Positions 47,618 through 57,761 of a stretch of 64,000 bases of DNA are shown here, one piece after another. The notes under the pieces are model-generated. The model was not told where the DNA came from and ran no database searches. It saw nothing but the letters and a program-made list of their open reading frames with translations. The DNA lies in contig QBZY01000001.1 of assembly GCA_003282155.1 (NCBI GenBank), forward strand, positions 172,312-236,311, in the 5' to 3' direction. Source of the DNA: Pelagibacteraceae bacterium AG-337-I02 (GTDB lineage Bacteria > Pseudomonadota > Alphaproteobacteria > HIMB59 > GCA-002718135). A program made the position numbers and the translations under genes. Within the stretch, counting starts at the first letter, position 1. Each line of letters starts with the position of its first letter.

Positions 47618-48399
47618 TAATAAGAAAATTTACTACTAGGAAATTTTTTAAGCTTAACTTCTTTATTGTATTTCTTAACCACATTGCCGACAATTTTATT
47701 AAAATTAAAATAATTTTTTACAAATCTTGGTTTTTTATCATTTGTGCTTAGATTTATTAAATCGTCAAATACTAAAATTTGACCATTACAATATCGTGAG
47801 GCACCTATACCTATTGTAGGTATTGAAATATTTTCTGTAATTAGTTTAGCTGTATCTGTTGTTATACATTCTAACAATACAGCTTTAGCTCCAAGCGTCT
47901 CAGATTTTTTTGCTAACTTTAATAAACTTTGTTTTTCCTTATTAGTTCTTCCTAAAACTTTAATTTTATTGAAATTCTTATAACTCTGTGGCGTTACTCC
48001 TATATGAGAAATTACATTTATTTTTTTATCCACTAAGTGTTTTAAAACAACTAATTTTTTTTCATTAATTTCTATCTTTAATAAATCAGGTTTACAGTGA
48101 TATAAAAGAATTTTAGCATTTCTATATGCATCAATTTTATTATCATATGTTTTATATGGCATATCTAAAACTTTTAAACTTTTCTTAATTTCCTTATTTA
48201 CAACTGCCCCATGACTTTTCATCATATCCATAGTAACTCCTTGAGTATTCTTCATCCCATAGAGTGCTGAGCCTAGGGAATCTCCAACTAGTATTAAATC
48301 AACTTTTCCATCTAAAATTTTTGCAATTGATGGAGAATATGCAGTCAAACAGCTTATCGGTTTTGAAAAACTTTTATGTAAAATTTTAAATTTCTTCAT
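47614..48399 (-). CDS. panB: 3-methyl-2-oxobutanoate hydroxymethyltransferase
   Basis: 261-aa ORF with LTAYS, ILVGDSLG, the HIGVTPQS-type block and IPTIGIGAS. Confidence 0.85.
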   Translation of the reverse strand: MKKFKILHKSFSKPISCLTAYSPSIAKILDGKVDLILVGDSLGSALYGMKNTQGVTMDMMKSHGAVVNKEIKKSLKVLDMPYKTYDNKIDAYRNAKILLYHCKPDLLKIEINEKKLVVLKHLVDKKINVISHIGVTPQSYKNFNKIKVLGRTNKEKQSLLKLAKKSETLGAKAVLLECITTDTAKLITENISIPTIGIGASRYCNGQILVFDDLINLSTNDKKPRFVKNYFNFNKIVGNVVKKYNKEVKLKKFPSSKFSYY

Positions 48400-48429
48400 T
48401 TCTAAATCTCAATTAATTTTTATTAAGAA

Positions 48430-50346
48430 CTAAACTTTTAATTTAAAATTCTTAATATCAACAATTTTATTTTCGTAAAAATTATTAATTTCTCTAATTA
48501 TTGATTCGGTATCCATTTTAATATCTTGATATTGCTCATCTGGTGTCATATGTTCAACAAACCGATCTGGAAAAATTAAATTTTTTATAACTACATTGTT
48601 GTTTTTTGATCTTATATTATGAATATAATGTAAAACATGTGATGAAAATCCACCTATAGAGCCTTCTTCTATAGTTAAAATATACTTATGATTGTTTAAT
48701 AAATTATCAATTAGAATTGTATCTAATGGTTTTGCAAACCTTGCGTCTGCAATAGTAGGATAAATATTATTTTGATTAAGAAACTTACTAGCTTCAATAC
48801 ATTTTTCAAGTCTTGTTCCTAAATTTAAGATAGCAACATCATTACCTTCAATCAGAATATATCCCTTACCTATGTTGATATCTGTTGGTTGATTATTAAA
48901 TAACTCACCCGATCCCGTTCCTCTGGGAAACCTAAAAGCAGAAGGTGTGTCATTTATTTCACAAGATAACTCTATCATATTTGATAACTCTCTTTGGTTG
49001 CTAGGTGCCATAACAACAAAATTTGGTAATGTTGCCAAATACGTTATATCAAATGAACCAGCATGAGTAGGACCATCTGATCCTACTAACCCCGCTCTAT
49101 CAATTGCAAATCTAACAGGTAATTTTTGAATAGCTACATCATGTACGATTTGATCATAAGCTCTTTGTAAAAATGTTGAATAAATTGCAACAAATGGCTT
49201 AAACCCCTCTGTAGCCAATCCAGCTGCCATGGTAACAGCATGTTGTTCAGCAATACCAACATCAAAAAATCTTTTTTCAAAGTTTTGTTGGAATAATTTT
49301 AACCCTGTGCCAGACATCATAGCAGCTGTTATTGCCACAATTTTTTCGTCATGTTCGGCAAGTTTCGTTAATGTTTCACCAAAAACATTTGAGTATGATT
49401 TTAAATTTGTTTTCTTAAATGAGTTACCAGTATTAATATCAAATTTCTCTACACCGTGGAATTTATCTTCAGATTTTTCCGCTGGGTTGTAACCTTTACC
49501 TTTTTTTGTTATGCAGTGAAGAAAAACCGGTTTATTGAACTTATTATCTCTTATATTTTCCAGAACAGACACTAAGTTATTTACATTATGCCCATCTATC
49601 GGACCAAGATAGTAAAAACCCAACTCTTCAAATAGAGTACCACCGGAAATAAGACCTTTTGAATATCCTTCAGTCTTGGAAAGTGTCTTTGAAACATTTG
49701 ATGGTAAGGATTTAGAAATTTTTTTAATAATATTTCTTAAGCTTGAATAAGATTTCGATGATAGCAATCTAGTTAGATATGTGCTCATGGCACCAACTGG
49801 CTTGTCTATAGACATTTTGTTATCATTTAAAATAACAATTAACCCTTTTTTTTGTGCACCTGCGTTATTTAAACCTTCAAATGCTAAGCCTGCACTTAAG
49901 GCACCATCTCCAACAACACATATCACTTTTGACTTATCTAAATTTATATCTTTTGCAGTTTTAATTCCTAACCCTGCTGAAACTGCTGTTGAACTATGAG
50001 CTGTGCCGAATGGATCATATTCACTTTCAGATCTCCTCACAAAACCATAAATCCCATCTTTTTTTCTAAGCGTTTCAATATTTTTTTTTCTGCCAGTTAT
50101 TATTTTGTGAGGATAAGCTTGGTGTCCAACATCCCAAATTAATTTATCATGTGGTGTATTAAACACATAATGAATTGCTATAGTTAACTCAACTACACCA
50201 AGTCCCGCACCAAGGTGGCCACCAGTTTTTGAAACGGTCTCAATTGTTTTAGATCTCAATTCTTCTGAGATTTGCTTTAGATCCTTTTTTTTAAATTCTC
50301 TTAAATCAGATGGAAAATTTATTTTATCTAAAAGCTCATACTCCAT
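48430..50346 (-). CDS. dxs: 1-deoxy-D-xylulose-5-phosphate synthase
   Basis: 638-aa ORF with GGHLGAGLGVVELT, VGDGALSAGLAFEGLN, DVGIAEQHAV and RAGLVGSDGPTH. Confidence 0.95.
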   Translation of the reverse strand: MEYELLDKINFPSDLREFKKKDLKQISEELRSKTIETVSKTGGHLGAGLGVVELTIAIHYVFNTPHDKLIWDVGHQAYPHKIITGRKKNIETLRKKDGIYGFVRRSESEYDPFGTAHSSTAVSAGLGIKTAKDINLDKSKVICVVGDGALSAGLAFEGLNNAGAQKKGLIVILNDNKMSIDKPVGAMSTYLTRLLSSKSYSSLRNIIKKISKSLPSNVSKTLSKTEGYSKGLISGGTLFEELGFYYLGPIDGHNVNNLVSVLENIRDNKFNKPVFLHCITKKGKGYNPAEKSEDKFHGVEKFDINTGNSFKKTNLKSYSNVFGETLTKLAEHDEKIVAITAAMMSGTGLKLFQQNFEKRFFDVGIAEQHAVTMAAGLATEGFKPFVAIYSTFLQRAYDQIVHDVAIQKLPVRFAIDRAGLVGSDGPTHAGSFDITYLATLPNFVVMAPSNQRELSNMIELSCEINDTPSAFRFPRGTGSGELFNNQPTDINIGKGYILIEGNDVAILNLGTRLEKCIEASKFLNQNNIYPTIADARFAKPLDTILIDNLLNNHKYILTIEEGSIGGFSSHVLHYIHNIRSKNNNVVIKNLIFPDRFVEHMTPDEQYQDIKMDTESIIREINNFYENKIVDIKNFKLKV

Positions 50347-50562
50347 AATATTTTTTATATACTAAGTTAAATTTGAAATTTATCTTACTATTTTTACCTA
50401 GATTTGATATTTTTATATCTAAAAAAAAACGTCAGTTTGTGGAAAGTTTCTTTTAAAATACTAACTCCTAGTAGTTTTATTTTTTATAAAATAGTTATTC
50501 TTTATCTTAATTAAAAAAAAATCCTCTAGACTTTTTAATATTAAAAAACTAATTATATTATA

Positions 50563-51801
50563 ATGTTTTATGATCTAGACTTAGAAAAAATTGATAAACT
50601 TGCTTATTTATCTATCAAAAGAGGAGTTGCTCTTCAAAAAGGTCAAAACCTTTTAATTACAGCACCATTAGAATCTTTACCTTTGGTTAGAAAAATAGTT
50701 GAATATGCCTACAAAGAAGGGGCTGGAATTGTAACACCGCTTTTTAACGATTCTGATATTACTTTATCTCGATTTAAGTATGGAAATGATGAATCTTTCA
50801 ATGTTGCTACAAATTGGCTTTATAATGGAATGGGAGAAGCCTTTGATAACAATACAGCTAGAATGGCTATCGCTGGAGACGATCCCATGCTATTATCTGA
50901 AATTGATCCTGATAAAGTTTCACGTGCAAATAAAGCTAATGCTGTTGCATACAAACCAGCCAGAGAAAGAATTACTGAATTCAAAATTAATTGGAATATA
51001 ATTTCGTGGCCAGGAAAAGCATGGGCAAAAAGAGTCTTCCCAGATCTTGATGATAGTGAAGCTATAAAAAAATTAGGAGACGCAATATTCCATGCTTCTA
51101 GAGTTAGCAATGATGATCCTGTAGCTGAATGGGACCAACATAATAAAAATTTAAGAGATAAAACAGATTGGCTAAATGCAAAAAATTTTCAATCTTTAAA
51201 ATACTCTGGTCCTGGAACATCTTTAACCGTAGGTCTTGCTGATGACCATGAGTGGATGGGTGGTGCCTCAGAAGCCCAAAATGGTATTATTTGTAATCCA
51301 AATATCCCATCAGAAGAAGTATTCACTACTCCTCATGCTAGTCGTGTTAGTGGCGAAGTTTGCTCAACAAAACCTCTATCGTATCAAGGAACACTAATTG
51401 AAGATATTAATGTTCGCTTTGAAGAAGGTAAAATTGTTGATGCAAAGTCTTCTAAAGGACAAGATGTTTTATTAAAAGTTCTCGATTCAGATGAGGGTTC
51501 AAGAAGACTTGGTGAAGTAGCCTTAGTTCCAAATAGTTCACCAATCTCGCAATTAGGAATAACTTTTTATAACACTTTATTTGACGAGAATGCTGCTTCT
51601 CATATAGCTCTGGGTCAATGTTACTCAAAATGTTTTAAATCGAAAAAAGACTTATCGAAAGATGAAATCACTCAAAGAGGTGGTAATTCAAGCATGATAC
51701 ATATTGATTGGATGATTGGCTCAGGTAAAATTGATGTCGAGGGTGTTGATAAGAACGGCGCTGTTACGCCAATATTTAAACAGGGAGAATGGTGTAACTA
51801 G
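50563..51801 (+). CDS. M29-family aminopeptidase (AmpS/PepS-like)
   Basis: 412-aa ORF with the blocks NIPSEEVFTTP, LGEVALVP, NAASHIALG and MIHIDWM typical of thermophilic-metalloprotease (M29) aminopeptidases. Confidence 0.8.
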   Translation: MFYDLDLEKIDKLAYLSIKRGVALQKGQNLLITAPLESLPLVRKIVEYAYKEGAGIVTPLFNDSDITLSRFKYGNDESFNVATNWLYNGMGEAFDNNTARMAIAGDDPMLLSEIDPDKVSRANKANAVAYKPARERITEFKINWNIISWPGKAWAKRVFPDLDDSEAIKKLGDAIFHASRVSNDDPVAEWDQHNKNLRDKTDWLNAKNFQSLKYSGPGTSLTVGLADDHEWMGGASEAQNGIICNPNIPSEEVFTTPHASRVSGEVCSTKPLSYQGTLIEDINVRFEEGKIVDAKSSKGQDVLLKVLDSDEGSRRLGEVALVPNSSPISQLGITFYNTLFDENAASHIALGQCYSKCFKSKKDLSKDEITQRGGNSSMIHIDWMIGSGKIDVEGVDKNGAVTPIFKQGEWCN

Positions 51802-51806
51802 TTTTT

Positions 51807-51929
51807 CTATTTTTTTAAATAAGGTCCAAAGCTAAGATCTAAACCTACACCAACTCTAGCTAATGAATAAATAATAACTAAGATAAAAATTACTATAATT
51901 AAGTTTCGTATAATTTTTTTTTCATCCAT
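51807..51929 (-). CDS. Possible 40-aa single-TM small protein (not in the ORF track)
   Basis: Hand translation gives MDEKKIIRNLIIVIFILVIIYSLARVGVGLDLSFGPYLKK. The ATG lies 4 nt downstream of the MFS stop codon on the same strand. The only support is position and the hydrophobic core. Confidence 0.25.
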   Translation of the reverse strand: MDEKKIIRNLIIVIFILVIIYSLARVGVGLDLSFGPYLKK

Positions 51930-51933
51930 GAGA

Positions 51934-53187
51934 TTACGCTGTTTGTATATTTGTATCAGATAATGGTTTTTCTTTAATTGGTAAATGGATTATTGCAGAA
52001 AAGGCACCTACACCTATACCAACCCACCATACAATATCATAACTTCCATAGATATCATAAAATAGACCACCTAACCAAACACCTACAAAAGATCCTAGCT
52101 GATGAGAAAAAAATACAATGCCATATAATGTTCCCATAAATTTTAATCCATAAATATGGCCTATAATTCCTGAAGTTAAAGGAACTGTTGCTAACCATAA
52201 AGCACCCATAACTATTGAAAATATTGTAATAGATGTTGGTGTAATAGGTAGTAAGATAAATAAAATTGCCGCAATAGTCCTTCCGGTATAAATTAAAGAT
52301 AAAAGATATTTCTTATAATGTCCCTTTCCTAAAGCTCCAGCAATCAAACAACCAATTATATTAAATAAACCTATAAGAGCCATAGATAATGCTCCTAAAC
52401 CTTCTACAGAACTACAAACCAAACTTATTAAACTTCCTTCAATAATTGGACTACTAGATTCAACAATAAATGCTGGAAAATGTGCAGTTATAAATGCTAA
52501 CTGAAAACCGCAAGAAAAAAAACCAAAGAACAACATTGAGTATGTTGGATCTTTTAATGCAACAAATACAGCACTAGTAATTTTTTCATTTTCATTATTA
52601 ATATTTGTATTTGAAAATTCTGTTTTTAAAATTGGAACAAGGATCAGTGTTATTAATAAAATAATTGAAAAGATTTCAAACACTGAAGACCATGGTAAAA
52701 ATGATAATAGAATAGAAGCAAGTGGTGGACCAACCACTTGTCCAGCTGATCCTGCAGCAGTTGTAATACCTAGTGCTAAAGATCTTTTTTCTAGAGACGT
52801 GGATCTTCCAACTACTGCTAAAATTGGACCAAAACCACTACCAGCTATACCAAAACCAATTAATAGGTTTAAAGTTTGATGCGCCTCTGGAGTTGTAGCA
52901 CTACTACTTATGAAAATTCCAATCGCATAAAGAATTAAGCCTAGCGCTATTGCTTTTCTATCACCATATTTTTCGGCAAAAGCACTAAATAGTGGAGTGC
53001 CTACACCCCAAGCTAAATTTTGAATAGCAATAGCAAGAGAAAATTCTGAACGGTTCCATAAAAAATCAGACGCAATAGGAATTTGAAATAAGCCAAATGT
53101 TGAACGAATTGCAAAACTTATTAAAAGAATTAAACTCCCTCCAATTAGAATAGGAGTAAATACAGAATTAATTCTCTCATCTTTCAT
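51934..53187 (-). CDS. MFS transporter (substrate unknown)
   Basis: 417-aa ORF with about 12 hydrophobic segments in a 6+6 layout and a G/A-rich helix pattern typical of MFS. Confidence 0.75.
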   Translation of the reverse strand: MKDERINSVFTPILIGGSLILLISFAIRSTFGLFQIPIASDFLWNRSEFSLAIAIQNLAWGVGTPLFSAFAEKYGDRKAIALGLILYAIGIFISSSATTPEAHQTLNLLIGFGIAGSGFGPILAVVGRSTSLEKRSLALGITTAAGSAGQVVGPPLASILLSFLPWSSVFEIFSIILLITLILVPILKTEFSNTNINNENEKITSAVFVALKDPTYSMLFFGFFSCGFQLAFITAHFPAFIVESSSPIIEGSLISLVCSSVEGLGALSMALIGLFNIIGCLIAGALGKGHYKKYLLSLIYTGRTIAAILFILLPITPTSITIFSIVMGALWLATVPLTSGIIGHIYGLKFMGTLYGIVFFSHQLGSFVGVWLGGLFYDIYGSYDIVWWVGIGVGAFSAIIHLPIKEKPLSDTNIQTA

Positions 53188-53238
53188 ATTTTATTATGAT
53201 AACAGGATGAATTTTTATTTCTAGAATTTTTATTATTA

Positions 53239-53715
53239 TTAAATCGTATTATTTAATTCTGTCTTTTCGTTTTCTTCTTTTTCAGGAACAACATACGCAA
53301 CAGCACAATGATCTAAACAATAAGGCTTATCTTCAAATCTATCTTTACCACAAAAACGAAAGTCAGCTTCATCTGGATGACCTTCAGGCCATTCACAACC
53401 TCTCTTTGGAGCTGCAGTAAATATATTTTTAACCACCGGTTGGAAAACAGTAGGCTCTGTAGAGACAATCTCTGGTTCTTTGGTGTTTTCAAAATTTAAT
53501 TTTGGCATTACTGGAGATCTAGCTTTTTTTCGATCAGGCTTAACGGCTGTTCTTCTTATAGGTGATGGTCTTCTTTCGAGTCCAATTCTATGAGCTTTTC
53601 CGACTACTGCGTTTTTGGTGAAACCTAATAATTTTCCAATTTGAGCTGTTGGTAGACCTTGGTCCCATAAATCTCTAAGTTTTGCTACATTATTATCATC
53701 CCAAGGCATAATCAA
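53239..53715 (-). CDS. gcrA: Cell-cycle transcriptional regulator GcrA
   Basis: The sequence MPWDDNNVAKLRDLWDQGLPTAQIGKLLGFTKNAVVGKAHRIGL plus the C-terminal CEWPEGHP...FCG...YCLDHCAVAY are the two conserved GcrA domains. The true start may be the third codon (ATG at 53709). Confidence 0.85.
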   Translation of the reverse strand: MIMPWDDNNVAKLRDLWDQGLPTAQIGKLLGFTKNAVVGKAHRIGLERRPSPIRRTAVKPDRKKARSPVMPKLNFENTKEPEIVSTEPTVFQPVVKNIFTAAPKRGCEWPEGHPDEADFRFCGKDRFEDKPYCLDHCAVAYVVPEKEENEKTELNNTI

Positions 53716-53738
53716 ACTCCATTACTACATTTAGTAGC

Positions 53739-53753
53739 TTAAAAAGGGTTTAA
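53739..53753. promoter_or_regulatory. Candidate CtrA box (TTAA-N7-TTAA) in the gcrA/pgk divergent intergenic region
   Basis: The sequence ttaaaaagggtttaa at 53739-53753 matches TTAA-N7-TTAA and lies about 24-30 nt upstream of the gcrA start. Such matches arise by chance in AT-rich DNA. Confidence 0.3.
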
Positions 53754-53847
53754 TATACTAAATATATGTATTAAAAAAGATAAAACTGCAAATTTTTAAA
53801 AAAAGTCAATGATTTCCAACATTTTTTTTATATACATGTGAATAGAA

Positions 53848-55044
53848 ATGAAAGAGTTAAGAGATCTAGACTGTAAAAATAAAAAAATAATTGTTCGAGT
53901 TGATTTAAACGTACCAGTTTTGGAAGGGACAATTACAGATCATTCAAGAATTCATGCTATTTTACCAACACTAGAAAAACTAATTAAAAATAAAAATAAG
54001 ATACTCTTAATTGCTCATTTTGGCCGACCTAAAGGTCAAGTTAATAAAACATATTCCATTGAGTTTTTATGTTCAGAATTAAAAAAATTTTTAAACTTTA
54101 ACACAATTCATTTTTTAACTAACTGTGAAAAAAAAATAATTGAGACAAAAATTGCTGAAATGGACATGGGGGAAATTTGTCTATTAGAAAATATTCGTTT
54201 TAATGCTGAAGAAGAAAAAAATGATCTTAATTTTTCAAAATTACTAGCTTCTAGTTTTGACATATATATTAATGACGCGTTTTCTGCATCTCATCGTAAT
54301 CATGCATCTATAGTAGGTATTACTAAATACTTACCTTCATACGCTGGATTAAGTTTCTCAAAAGAAATTGAAAATTTAGATAAATTTTTAGAAAATTCAG
54401 ACAAACCAAATCTAGCCATTATAGGCGGTTCAAAGGTTTCAACAAAAATAAAAGTTTTAGAAAATATAGTTGAAATTTTTGACTGTTTAGTGATTGGTGG
54501 TGCAATGGCTAATACCTTTTTGCTATCAAATAATTATAATGTTGGTTCCTCTCTAGTAGAAAATGATTTTATTGAACTATCAAAAAAGATACAAAAAAAA
54601 GCAGAATCAAAAAATTGCAAAATACTTTTACCAATTGATGCTGTTTGCTCAAAAAAAATAGAAGATAGAGTAAATGTTAAGACTTATTCAATCAATAATA
54701 TTCCAAATGACCAAATGATATTAGATGTTGGTGAACAAACAACAAAACTAATTTCAGATGAAATATTAAAATCTAAATCAATTTTATGGAATGGGCCTTT
54801 AGGCGCATTTGAGTATAGTCCATTTGATAAAAGTACAATTTCAGTTGCAAATATTATACAAAATTATTCAAGTAAATCTCAATTAGATGCTCTAGCAGGA
54901 GGAGGAGATACACTTGCAGCAATAAAAAAAGCTAAAGCCAATGATGCATTTAAATATTTATCTACAGCTGGGGGTGCATTTTTAGAGTGGCTTGAGGGAA
55001 ATAAATCACCAGGATTTATAGCATTAAGAGAAAACAATTTTTAA
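53848..55044 (+). CDS. pgk: Phosphoglycerate kinase
   Basis: 398-aa ORF with RVDLNVP, HFGRPKG, IIGGSKVSTKI and GGGDT. Confidence 0.95.
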   Translation: MKELRDLDCKNKKIIVRVDLNVPVLEGTITDHSRIHAILPTLEKLIKNKNKILLIAHFGRPKGQVNKTYSIEFLCSELKKFLNFNTIHFLTNCEKKIIETKIAEMDMGEICLLENIRFNAEEEKNDLNFSKLLASSFDIYINDAFSASHRNHASIVGITKYLPSYAGLSFSKEIENLDKFLENSDKPNLAIIGGSKVSTKIKVLENIVEIFDCLVIGGAMANTFLLSNNYNVGSSLVENDFIELSKKIQKKAESKNCKILLPIDAVCSKKIEDRVNVKTYSINNIPNDQMILDVGEQTTKLISDEILKSKSILWNGPLGAFEYSPFDKSTISVANIIQNYSSKSQLDALAGGGDTLAAIKKAKANDAFKYLSTAGGAFLEWLEGNKSPGFIALRENNF

Positions 55045-55045
55045 C

Positions 55046-55585
55046 TCAATCTTCAATTTGATATTTTTTAATTAAAGGGAATTGTGTCATCGTAAAAATA
55101 AACGTAATTGGCAAGATACCAAAAACTTTAAAATTTACCCAAATATCAGTACTTTGTGTTCTCCAAACAATTTCATTTAAAACTGCAAGTGCAACAAAAA
55201 AAGCAATCCACCTTTGAGTTAATATTCTCCATCCATCTTCTTCTAGTTTAAGCGCAGCACCTAAAAGATACTTTAAAAGAGGTTTTTTAACAATCACTCC
55301 TCCATATAAAATTAATGCGAAGACCATATTTATTATTGTTGGTTTCATTTTAATAAAAATTTCATTGTCAAAATAAATTGTTAGACCTCCAAATATTAAT
55401 ACAATCGCAGCCCCAAGAGTTGGCATAATTGGTATTTTTTTCTCAAGTATATATGAAATGATTACTGAAATCACAGTTGCAATCATAAGAGGAAGTATTG
55501 CTTCTTGAAGACCACTTCTTGTATAAAAAATAAAGAACACTGCAAGCGGTCCTATATCAATTAATAATTTATAAACTGACTTCAT
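55046..55585 (-). CDS. yciB: Inner-membrane septation-associated protein YciB (IspZ)
   Basis: 179-aa ORF with 5 TM helices, an N-terminal L.D.GPLAVFF block and WVNFKVFG. It sits downstream of ftsY, as in other Alphaproteobacteria. Confidence 0.8.
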   Translation of the reverse strand: MKSVYKLLIDIGPLAVFFIFYTRSGLQEAILPLMIATVISVIISYILEKKIPIMPTLGAAIVLIFGGLTIYFDNEIFIKMKPTIINMVFALILYGGVIVKKPLLKYLLGAALKLEEDGWRILTQRWIAFFVALAVLNEIVWRTQSTDIWVNFKVFGILPITFIFTMTQFPLIKKYQIED

Positions 55586-56502
55586 TTTTGTTCTTCTAGA
55601 TTTAAAATAGACCTAGCAAAGTTTTGAGAATTAAAGGTTACAAGGTCCTCAATACTTTCTCCAAGACCAACATAACTTATAGGGATTTCAAATTTATTTG
55701 CAATTGAAATTAATGCTCCACCTTTTGCTGTTCCATCCAATTTAGTTATTATAAGACTTGATACATTAAGTTCATTTCCAAAGATTTCCACTTGCTTAAT
55801 CATGTTCGAACCATTCGTTCCATCTAAAACTAGCACGGTTTCAATATTAAAAGAGGAATTAACTTTTGAGATTACATTCTTCAATTTAATTAGCTGATTA
55901 ATGAGGTTAGTATTATTAGACAGTCTTCCAGCAGTATCTATAAGTAAAAAATCATAATATTCTTTTCCAAATTCTTCAGTTGCCTGATACGCAACGCTTG
56001 CTGGATCTTGATTACTTTTTCCAGCGATAAAACCATTATTATTTTTTTTTGCCCAATTTTCCAACTGCTCAACAGCTGCTGCCCTAAATGTATCACAAGC
56101 CGCAATCAGGATTTTTTTATTTGATAAAATTTTATTTGCAATTTTACCAATAGTGGTTGTCTTTCCACTTCCGTTTACTCCAACAAATATTAATATTTTT
56201 TTTTCATCATTTTTTTCATTTATTAGAACATGTTCTCTTGGAAGTAATATTCTTTCTATATTTTGAGCTAAGATTTCTAATATATTTTTTATTCCATCAT
56301 CATTTGAAATTTTTATTTTTTTTATAGAATCTATTAGCTGATTTACAACATCCAAACTAATATCAGATGAAATAAGAACATTTTCTAATTCTTCTAAAGT
56401 TAAATCGTCTATTTTTTTGTTTTTTAAAATCTCTAAAATATTAAAAGAAAGTATATTTGAAGTTTTACTTAACTTATCTTTAAATATTGAGAACAAACTC
56501 AT
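55582..56502 (-). CDS. ftsY: Signal recognition particle receptor FtsY
   Basis: 306-aa ORF with an NG domain: GVNGSGKTTTIGK, DTFRAAA, DTAGR and TKLDGTAKGG. Confidence 0.9.
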   Translation of the reverse strand: MSLFSIFKDKLSKTSNILSFNILEILKNKKIDDLTLEELENVLISSDISLDVVNQLIDSIKKIKISNDDGIKNILEILAQNIERILLPREHVLINEKNDEKKILIFVGVNGSGKTTTIGKIANKILSNKKILIAACDTFRAAAVEQLENWAKKNNNGFIAGKSNQDPASVAYQATEEFGKEYYDFLLIDTAGRLSNNTNLINQLIKLKNVISKVNSSFNIETVLVLDGTNGSNMIKQVEIFGNELNVSSLIITKLDGTAKGGALISIANKFEIPISYVGLGESIEDLVTFNSQNFARSILNLEEQK

Positions 56503-57758
56503 GCTATTCTTGCTAATAACGTGTCATTTTCTATGCCTGTGTATATACAGGAAATTATATTCCCCTCTTTAAACTCTTCTTCAAGTTTTACTTTTAAAAA
56601 ATGCTGATCTTTTCCAAGTGAAAAATTTTCTTTTTTACTTTCAATTAAAATTTGTTCCTTCTTTCCTATATTTTTTTTTAAATGTTGTTTTAATTTTTCC
56701 ATACCTCTTTCTCTAAGTCTTCTAGCTCTATCTTTGATAATATTTTTTTGAACTTGAGGCATTCTAGATGCAGGAGTGTTTTCTCTTGGTGAATATGGAA
56801 AAATATGAAGATGAGTTAAATTACACTCATCAACTAGTTTAATTGAATCTTGAAACATTGTTTCTGTCTCTGTTGGAAAACCGGCAATTATATCAGCACC
56901 AAATGTTGCATCTTTCCTAATGGATAAAACTTTTTTACAAAAATTAATTGCCATTTCTCTTGAATGTCTTCTTTTCATTCTTTTCAAAATTAAATTGTTT
57001 CCAGCCTGCAAACTTATATGAAAATGAGGCATCAATCTTTTGTCCCTTAAAACATCCCAAAAATCTTTGTCTATTTCAGCACAGTCAATTGAAGACAAAC
57101 GCAGTTGTTTTAATTCAGGTACTAATTTTAGAATTCTTTTAATTAAGTTAGAAAAAGTAGGTTTTGCAGGAAGATCTTTTCCATAATCAGTTATATCTAC
57201 TCCTGTTATGACTACTTCATTATATCCATTGCTAACAATTTTTTTTATTTTATTTATTATTTCTCCAGCAGGTACACTTCTATTATTGCCTCTGCCAAAT
57301 GGAATGACACAAAAAGTACAGCGATGGTTACAACCTTGTTGTATTTCAATAAAAGCTCTTGATTTTCCTTCAAATTTTTCAATTGAATTAGGTATTGTTT
57401 TACTTTCTTCTAATATATTTCCTACTTTAAGATTTTTATACTGATCGATATTTTTCCATGTTAAAGTTTCCAATTTTTCTGTGTTCCCAATTACTGAGTC
57501 TACTTCTTTTAAATTTTTATATTTTAATGGATTGATTTGAGCTGCACATCCTGTAACTACTATTTTATTATTAGGAAAATTTTTTTTTGCCTTTCTAATT
57601 TCATAAGAAACTTTTTTCTCAGCTTCTTCAGTTACTGCACATGAGTTTATGACTGTAACATTATTTAAATTATTTGTTTTAAGATGGTTTTTAATAATTT
57701 CACCTTCATAAATATTCAATCTACAACCTAGATTGACTACATAGTTTTTATTTTTCAT
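56499..57758 (-). CDS. mtaB: tRNA (t6A37) methylthiotransferase MtaB (radical SAM)
   Basis: 419-aa ORF with an N-terminal UPF0004 domain (NLGCRLN), the radical-SAM motif CNHRCTFCVIP and a C-terminal TRAM-like region. Confidence 0.8.
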   Translation of the reverse strand: MKNKNYVVNLGCRLNIYEGEIIKNHLKTNNLNNVTVINSCAVTEEAEKKVSYEIRKAKKNFPNNKIVVTGCAAQINPLKYKNLKEVDSVIGNTEKLETLTWKNIDQYKNLKVGNILEESKTIPNSIEKFEGKSRAFIEIQQGCNHRCTFCVIPFGRGNNRSVPAGEIINKIKKIVSNGYNEVVITGVDITDYGKDLPAKPTFSNLIKRILKLVPELKQLRLSSIDCAEIDKDFWDVLRDKRLMPHFHISLQAGNNLILKRMKRRHSREMAINFCKKVLSIRKDATFGADIIAGFPTETETMFQDSIKLVDECNLTHLHIFPYSPRENTPASRMPQVQKNIIKDRARRLRERGMEKLKQHLKKNIGKKEQILIESKKENFSLGKDQHFLKVKLEEEFKEGNIISCIYTGIENDTLLARIA

Positions 57759-57761
57759 AAA

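Noticed and set aside
50347-50562. A possible TPP or other riboswitch in the 216-nt dxs/aminopeptidase divergent spacer.
   Set aside because: The conserved GC-rich cores of TPP riboswitches (e.g. CUGAGA plus a paired G-rich helix) are absent. Only weak AT hairpins are present, so this is most simply two divergent promoters.
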